The notes under the pieces: generated by a model
The model's database searches: none
What the model was told of the DNA's origin: nothing
Seen by the model: only the letters and a program-made list of their open reading frames with translations
Translations under genes and position numbers: made by a program
In this document: positions 59,412-64,000 of the stretch, piece by piece
Layout of the letters: the number at the start of each line of letters is the position of its first letter
How positions within the stretch are numbered: position 1 is the stretch's first letter
Assembly (NCBI GenBank): GCA_965200645.1
Contig: CBDAUN010000002.1
Span: 309,871-373,870 of the forward strand
Origin: Arenicellales bacterium
GTDB taxonomy: Bacteria > Pseudomonadota > Gammaproteobacteria > Arenicellales > JAJDZL01
Direction: 5' to 3'
DNA: 64,000 nt

Positions 59412-59638
59412 GAAGACCGATTTGATTCTACAAATTTTGGGAGAGTTGCCGGACCGCAGTTCAAGGCAGCATTGGCGCTTACCTTGGGTCACGCTTTCAG
59501 GATGTGCGGGTTAGTGTACTTTTGTACATAATGTAAACTGTTCAGAGTTCCTGCCCTAATGATTTTGTAGAGATAGAGGTTGATACTGTGAAAAATAAGA
59601 ATGTTTCGGATGCTGAAATTCTCAAAAAGTAAAGTTTT

Positions 59639-59772
59639 AAGTTTGAAAACAACAACAATTCCAATGTCTTAAAATTGGATAATTATCAAAAGCTGTTATC
59701 TGAAATAACCGAATTCAACTACCAATTTAGTATCGCAGAGGCAAAGCTGTTTATTTAAACGAAGTTTGAAAA
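59639..59772 (+). repeat. 11-mer AAGTTTGAAAA present twice (59639-59649 and 59762-59772) in an AT-rich upstream region
   Basis: This is an exact 11-nt direct repeat spaced 123 nt apart, upstream of the 59845 CDS. The region is about 30% GC, so a chance recurrence is not negligible. Confidence 0.3.
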
Positions 59773-59844
59773 TTCGTTGAGTTCAGTCAGTTCGGGTATT
59801 ACAGACATTTAGGCAACATTGTTTATATTACCCAGATTTAAACT

Positions 59845-60657
59845 TTGGAGAAAATCGTGTTTCCAGATCATTGGATACGCCTAGGATTCTTCCTACTGAT
59901 ACTGGTTGCGATGGGATGCTGGGAAGCATACAAGCCAAAGCGCCAGTGGCAAGCTGAACGTCTGGATCGATGGTTTCATCATTTGATGCTGTCGGGACTC
60001 AATACAGTGCTTATTAGCATCATTGTTCCGGCCTCAGCAGCCTTTGTTGCGTTTTATCTCGAGAGTATTCAGTTTGGTTTGCTGAATCGGCTTCCAGTAG
60101 GCGGTATTTGGAACTTCCTCATTGGAATTTTGATTTTGGATCTGGCAATTTATACTCAACATGTCGTCTTCCATAAAGTGCCAATATTTTGGCGATTTCA
60201 CAGAATGCATCACACAGACGTGGATTTTGATGTTACAACTGCTGTTCGATTCCATCCGATTGAAATTATGATTTCGTTTGCAATCAAACTCTGTGTTGTA
60301 GCAATTTTTGGACTATCTCCTGAATCTGTGCTTGCCTTTGCCATTTTGTTGAATGGCACTTCAATGTTTAATCATGCCAACGTTCGAATTCCCCAGAAGG
60401 TTGACAAGGTTTTGAGGTGGTTCTTAGTCACACCAGATATGCATCGGGTCCATCATTCCATAGTCCATCAGGAAACCGATAGCAACTTCGGATTCAACCT
60501 GCCTTGGTGGGACCGAATTTTCCGAACCTACAGACAGGCTCCTGAAGCTGGACACGATAAAATGACAATTGGGCTGCCAATATTCAGGGACAAGTCAGAG
60601 TTACGGATCGATAGGTTGATTTCGCAACCCTTTCGAAAGGCTGATCAGCCAAGTTGA
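59845..60657 (+). CDS. fatty acid hydroxylase / sterol desaturase superfamily membrane protein
   Basis: 270 aa, polytopic, with histidine boxes (HKVPIFWRFHRMHHTD, HRVHHS). The start is TTG 59845 or GTG 59857. Confidence 0.75.
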   Translation: MEKIVFPDHWIRLGFFLLILVAMGCWEAYKPKRQWQAERLDRWFHHLMLSGLNTVLISIIVPASAAFVAFYLESIQFGLLNRLPVGGIWNFLIGILILDLAIYTQHVVFHKVPIFWRFHRMHHTDVDFDVTTAVRFHPIEIMISFAIKLCVVAIFGLSPESVLAFAILLNGTSMFNHANVRIPQKVDKVLRWFLVTPDMHRVHHSIVHQETDSNFGFNLPWWDRIFRTYRQAPEAGHDKMTIGLPIFRDKSELRIDRLISQPFRKADQPS

Positions 60658-60707
60658 ATATTTGCGTCGAAGTGACCGGCTTCAAAACACTCTGCGATAG
60701 TCTACCT

Positions 60708-62084
60708 CTACGCTGATTTACGCCAGCTAGAAGTGCAAAAATTCGGAAGTTCGCTCTGTGCAGTAGTGATGGCGTCCTGAATGGATTGAGTCAAACGGTC
60801 TACAATTTCTTCCACAATCCCTTCATCAATGATGAAGGGAGGTGCGAGTATCACCTGGTCTCCGTGAAAGCCATCGATTGTTCCTCCGGTGGGGTAGCAA
60901 ATCAATCCCTGATTCATTGCCGCTTCCTTCAGGATTTTGAAAAATTTTAGTTCAGGAGGAAGTGGTTCCAAGGTAAATTTGTCCTTAACAAATTCAATTC
61001 CGATAAAAAGTCCTTTTCCCCGAATATCGCCTATGTTTGGGTGATCTCCTAATACCGCGTACAATTTTGATATTAGTTGACTACCGCGATCTACTACGTT
61101 TTGCAGTAAATCTTGTTCTTCAATTGTCTTGATCACTGCATTAGCTGCGGCACATGCCACCGGATGACCATTGTAGGTGTTACCATGTTGCAATATACCT
61201 GTACCTGAGTAGATTGCATTGTAGATCTTGTCGGAACAGATCGTCGCGCCAATCGGTATATAGCCACCTCCCAAACCTTTTGCTACGGTAATAATGTCCG
61301 GTTCAACATCGAATATATCGCAGGCAAAGAAGTTGCCTGATCGTCCCATTCCACACATCACTTCGTCCAATATGAGCATTATGCCGTAATGGTCACAGAT
61401 TTCTCGAATTCTCTTGAGATAAAGTGATGAGGGGACCAGCACGCCAGGTGTTGCTCCACCAATGGTTTCGGCGACGAATCCGATAACATTTTCCGGTCCC
61501 AATTCAACAATCTTGTGTTCAAGTTGATCAGCGACACGAATGGCATACTCCTCCACAGACTCATCAACACGCTGAAATCGAAACGGATAGTAGCAATCGA
61601 CGTGATGTGATGGGCGTAGAAGACATTCAAACGGATGTCTTTGTCGCATGTGTTTACCTACTGAAAGTGTTGCGAGAGTACTGCCGTGATAACTTTGCCT
61701 TCGAGAAATATAGTACTTACGATTGTATTCTCCAACTTCCAGATAGTACTTTCTGGAGACTTTCAAGGCAGTTTCAACAGCTTCGGATCCGCTGGACGAA
61801 ATGTATGAATAATTTAGACTGCCCGGTGCGAGTCTGGCGAGATTTGTTCCAAGGTCTTCCAAAGATCGTGTGGTGAAAGATCCTGTATGCGCAAATTCGA
61901 CGGCATCCAGTTGATCGTGAAGGGCTTGTAAAATAGCTGGATGTCTGTGGCCAAGGGAGGAAACAGCAGCACCACCAGATGCATCCAAATAACTTTTACC
62001 AGATTTGTCTGTTAGATAAACACCTTCTCCATGAACAATTGTCCGCAAATTGTCATGCAAATTTCGATGTAGTACGTTCGTCAT
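60708..62084 (-). CDS. class-III pyridoxal-phosphate aminotransferase
   Basis: 458 aa with SGSEAVETALK, DEVMCGMGRSGNFFA and TVAKGLGGGYIPIG (PLP lysine). Confidence 0.8.
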   Translation of the reverse strand: MTNVLHRNLHDNLRTIVHGEGVYLTDKSGKSYLDASGGAAVSSLGHRHPAILQALHDQLDAVEFAHTGSFTTRSLEDLGTNLARLAPGSLNYSYISSSGSEAVETALKVSRKYYLEVGEYNRKYYISRRQSYHGSTLATLSVGKHMRQRHPFECLLRPSHHVDCYYPFRFQRVDESVEEYAIRVADQLEHKIVELGPENVIGFVAETIGGATPGVLVPSSLYLKRIREICDHYGIMLILDEVMCGMGRSGNFFACDIFDVEPDIITVAKGLGGGYIPIGATICSDKIYNAIYSGTGILQHGNTYNGHPVACAAANAVIKTIEEQDLLQNVVDRGSQLISKLYAVLGDHPNIGDIRGKGLFIGIEFVKDKFTLEPLPPELKFFKILKEAAMNQGLICYPTGGTIDGFHGDQVILAPPFIIDEGIVEEIVDRLTQSIQDAITTAQSELPNFCTSSWRKSA

Positions 62085-62471
62085 GAGTTAAAAATCCTCG
62101 CTGTTTTTTGGATTGACTGATGCCGTTTGTATAGTTCCATTACATTTTCAATTCCCAAATCCTGCGGGAACTTTCCGAGTTGACTAAATCAATGTTGGAC
62201 GAGAAAATTTCACTAACTTAAATGCAACGCCAAGATGGTTGCTAGCAATATGATGTGATTAATGAATTATCAGTTGCGTGGGGTCCAGCTTAAACTCAAG
62301 TGTTCGAGCTGTAATGCTGGCATCTAGTAAGGATGAATAGAACAGTTTCACGAATTACAAATTGGTACTGTCCGAGTACGCTTTTCATTTTACTCTATTG
62401 TATTATCACGTTTCATCAACAAATATCCTTCACAAAAAATTTTTCTACGACAAGTGGTGTAAGGAGCCTTT

Positions 62472-63488
62472 ATGAGTGGAATAGACATTCTCTTTTTGTC
62501 CAAGGACAACATGGATTCATTGAATCTAGAATTGACTGACGTCATGGACGCAATTGAAAATGGTTTAGTAGCACATGGCCAAAGGAAGGTCATTATGCCG
62601 TCTAAAAGTCACTTGGTATTGGACTTCCCAAACAAGTTATTCAATATTCTAAAAGGATATGTGGAACCGGTAAATGCGGCGGGTGTGAAAGTAATTTGCG
62701 ACTTTCATGGCAATTACGAGCACAACTTGCCATCCGAAGTGGCGTTGCTAACTCTTTATGATCCCGAAACCGGAACTCCTATGGCAATTGTTGATGCAAC
62801 CTTGATCACATGGATGAGAACCGGAGCTGTGACCGCACTCGGCGCAAAGCACTTGGCGAGTAAGGATTCAAAAGTTCTTGGTCACATTGGAGCTCGGGGA
62901 ACGTCGTGGTACAACGTTAGAATGCTTGACATGATATTTGACTTTGAGGAAATTCGCGTAACCAGCAGACGGACTGAATCACGAGAAAGATTTGCTGATA
63001 CTTTGACGGAAGAATTGGGAAAGAAAATCAAAGTAATGGATAACTCTCAAGATACTGTGAAGGACGCAGACATCATTATTGATGCATCTCGCTTGTTACA
63101 ACATGAAGTTTTAGTTGCCGATTCTGCTGTAAAACCCGGTGCACATTTACAGGCCTATGGTGCCGTCCTCTCGGTTGAACCGACACTACCATATGCGGTG
63201 GATAAGTTTGTTGTAGATGACTGGAATCAGTGCAAAATTTCACCCTATGGCCAGTTCGCAGATATGATTCAGGCAGGTGAGTTGAGAGATGAACATGTTT
63301 ACGGAGAAATTGGTGAGATCGCCGCCGGAATCAAACCGGGTCGCGAAAGTAACCAGGAGAGAAGCTTGTTTTGGCATAAAGGATTTGCTGTGAGCGACAT
63401 AATGCTTGGCATGCTTGCAGTGAAAAAAGCCAAAGAACAGGATGTAGGTACGCTACTGAATTTCTATGCCAACCCTAAGGATATGTAG
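62472..63488 (+). CDS. ornithine cyclodeaminase / mu-crystallin family protein
   Basis: 338 aa with LITWMRTGAVTALGAKHLA and LGHIGARGTSWYN (Rossmann GxGxxG-like). The fold assignment is secure, but the substrate is unknown. Confidence 0.75.
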   Translation: MSGIDILFLSKDNMDSLNLELTDVMDAIENGLVAHGQRKVIMPSKSHLVLDFPNKLFNILKGYVEPVNAAGVKVICDFHGNYEHNLPSEVALLTLYDPETGTPMAIVDATLITWMRTGAVTALGAKHLASKDSKVLGHIGARGTSWYNVRMLDMIFDFEEIRVTSRRTESRERFADTLTEELGKKIKVMDNSQDTVKDADIIIDASRLLQHEVLVADSAVKPGAHLQAYGAVLSVEPTLPYAVDKFVVDDWNQCKISPYGQFADMIQAGELRDEHVYGEIGEIAAGIKPGRESNQERSLFWHKGFAVSDIMLGMLAVKKAKEQDVGTLLNFYANPKDM

Positions 63489-63522
63489 GGTTAAGTTCAA
63501 ATTTGTGAGCAAGGAATTCTAA

Positions 63523-64000
63523 ATGAACGCAAAGTCGAGCAAACGAAAGAGAGACAATTTGGTATGGATTGATCTTGAGATGACTGGGTTGTCTCCGGAA
63601 AATGACCGAATCATCGAAATTGCCACAATTGTGACGGATATTCAATTGGAAGTTGTGGCTGAAGGGCCTTCGCTAGTGGTTCATCAAAGTGATGAGCGGT
63701 TAGCCGCAATGGATGACTGGAATCAAAAGACACATGGGGATAGCGGATTGATTGAATTGGTGAGGGAGTCGACAATCAATGAGGCACAAGCCGAGCAACA
63801 GACGCTTGCTTTCTTAAAGCGCTACGCCTCTAAGAAGTGTTCGCCTTTATGCGGAAATGCTGTTTGCCAGGACCGCAGGTTCTTGGACCGATATATGCCT
63901 GAGGTTTCGGCTTTTCTTCATTACCGACACCTGGATGTCAGTACGCTTAAAGAATTGGCAAAACGCTGGAGAAAGGAGTTGTTCTCCAATGAATTAAAAA
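63523..64000 (+). CDS. orn: oligoribonuclease, 3'-truncated by the window edge
   Basis: It is not in the ORF track because no stop is reached. Translation from ATG 63523 gives [39 protein letters not shown]...[12 protein letters not shown]...[17 protein letters not shown], the DEDDh Orn signature. Confidence 0.9.
   Translation, partial: MNAKSSKRKRDNLVWIDLEMTGLSPENDRIIEIATIVTDIQLEVVAEGPSLVVHQSDERLAAMDDWNQKTHGDSGLIELVRESTINEAQAEQQTLAFLKRYASKKCSPLCGNAVCQDRRFLDRYMPEVSAFLHYRHLDVSTLKELAKRWRKELFSNELK

Noticed and set aside
59049-59520. I considered a cobalamin riboswitch (GGGTGCAATTCC resembles the GGTG.AATCC core), a Moco riboswitch, SRP RNA (CAAGGCAG), tmRNA, 6S RNA and a CsrB-like GGA-rich sRNA for the ORF-free segment.
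   Set aside because: Only short fragments match. The B12 box, the SRP GGAA/GNAR loop context, the tmRNA tRNA-like end and the tag ORF are all absent. GGA occurs about 7 times in ~420 nt, close to random expectation. No known family can be assigned by eye.
1-64000. I looked for CRISPR arrays, IS elements and transposases, integrases, prophage genes, toxin-antitoxin pairs and known defence-system genes.
   Set aside because: I found no regularly spaced repeats, no transposase, integrase or recombinase-like ORFs, and no terminal inverted repeats. The tRNA-Gly has no adjacent integrase. The window looks like stable core chromosome plus metabolic accessory operons.

Overview
This is a 64 kb chromosomal window from a gammaproteobacterium of moderate to low GC (about 45% by eye). 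The backbone synteny, rsmI-rnpB-mraZ...ftsZ-lpxC-DUF721-secA-argJ-mutT, looks like that of Pseudomonadales/Cellvibrionales-like marine heterotrophs.

Contents, left to right:
1. 1-5.7 kb: a tetrahydromethanopterin (H4MPT) island. It holds formaldehyde-activating enzyme fae, a pterin dehydratase-like gene, a fused HPPK-DHPS, DUF447, an archaeal-type DHPS-related gene and an AfpA/DmrB-like flavoprotein.
2. An M48/TPR protease.
3. 7.4-11 kb: a compact dsrE-dsrF-dsrH-dsrC-dsrM-dsrK module with no dsrAB, dsrL or dsrJOP next to it.
4. rppH, tRNA-Gly(CCC), a DolP-like BON protein, lpoA, rsmI and RNase P RNA.
5. 16.4-33 kb: a dcw cell-division cluster that runs murG-murB-ftsQ and so lacks murC and ddl.
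6. DUF721, secA, argJ and mutT.
7. A heterotetrameric sarcosine-oxidase-family operon (soxBDAG-like), followed by a small membrane protein, a HAD hydrolase and a class-I amidotransferase.
8. On the minus strand, an operon of GNAT, class-III aminotransferase and phosphonoacetaldehyde hydrolase (phnX).
9. qor, coxG and a form-II (AYRGAGR) coxSLM cluster with a full maturation set: MoxR ATPase, VWA protein, two XdhC-family genes, and a MoCF-binding/MocA fusion.
10. 59.05-59.84 kb: a roughly 800 bp ORF-free region. Its first ~470 bp has coding-like GC and contains a degenerate internal duplication.
11. A fatty-acid-hydroxylase-family membrane protein, a divergent pair of class-III aminotransferase and ornithine-cyclodeaminase-family genes, and the 5' part of orn.

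I saw no mobile element, CRISPR array, rRNA or recognisable defence system.

The most unusual items are the orphan dsrEFHC-MK module, the ORF-free repeat-bearing region after the cox cluster, the phnX operon without phnW, and the murC/ddl-less dcw cluster.

All family calls come from motif recognition by eye. No database search was run.
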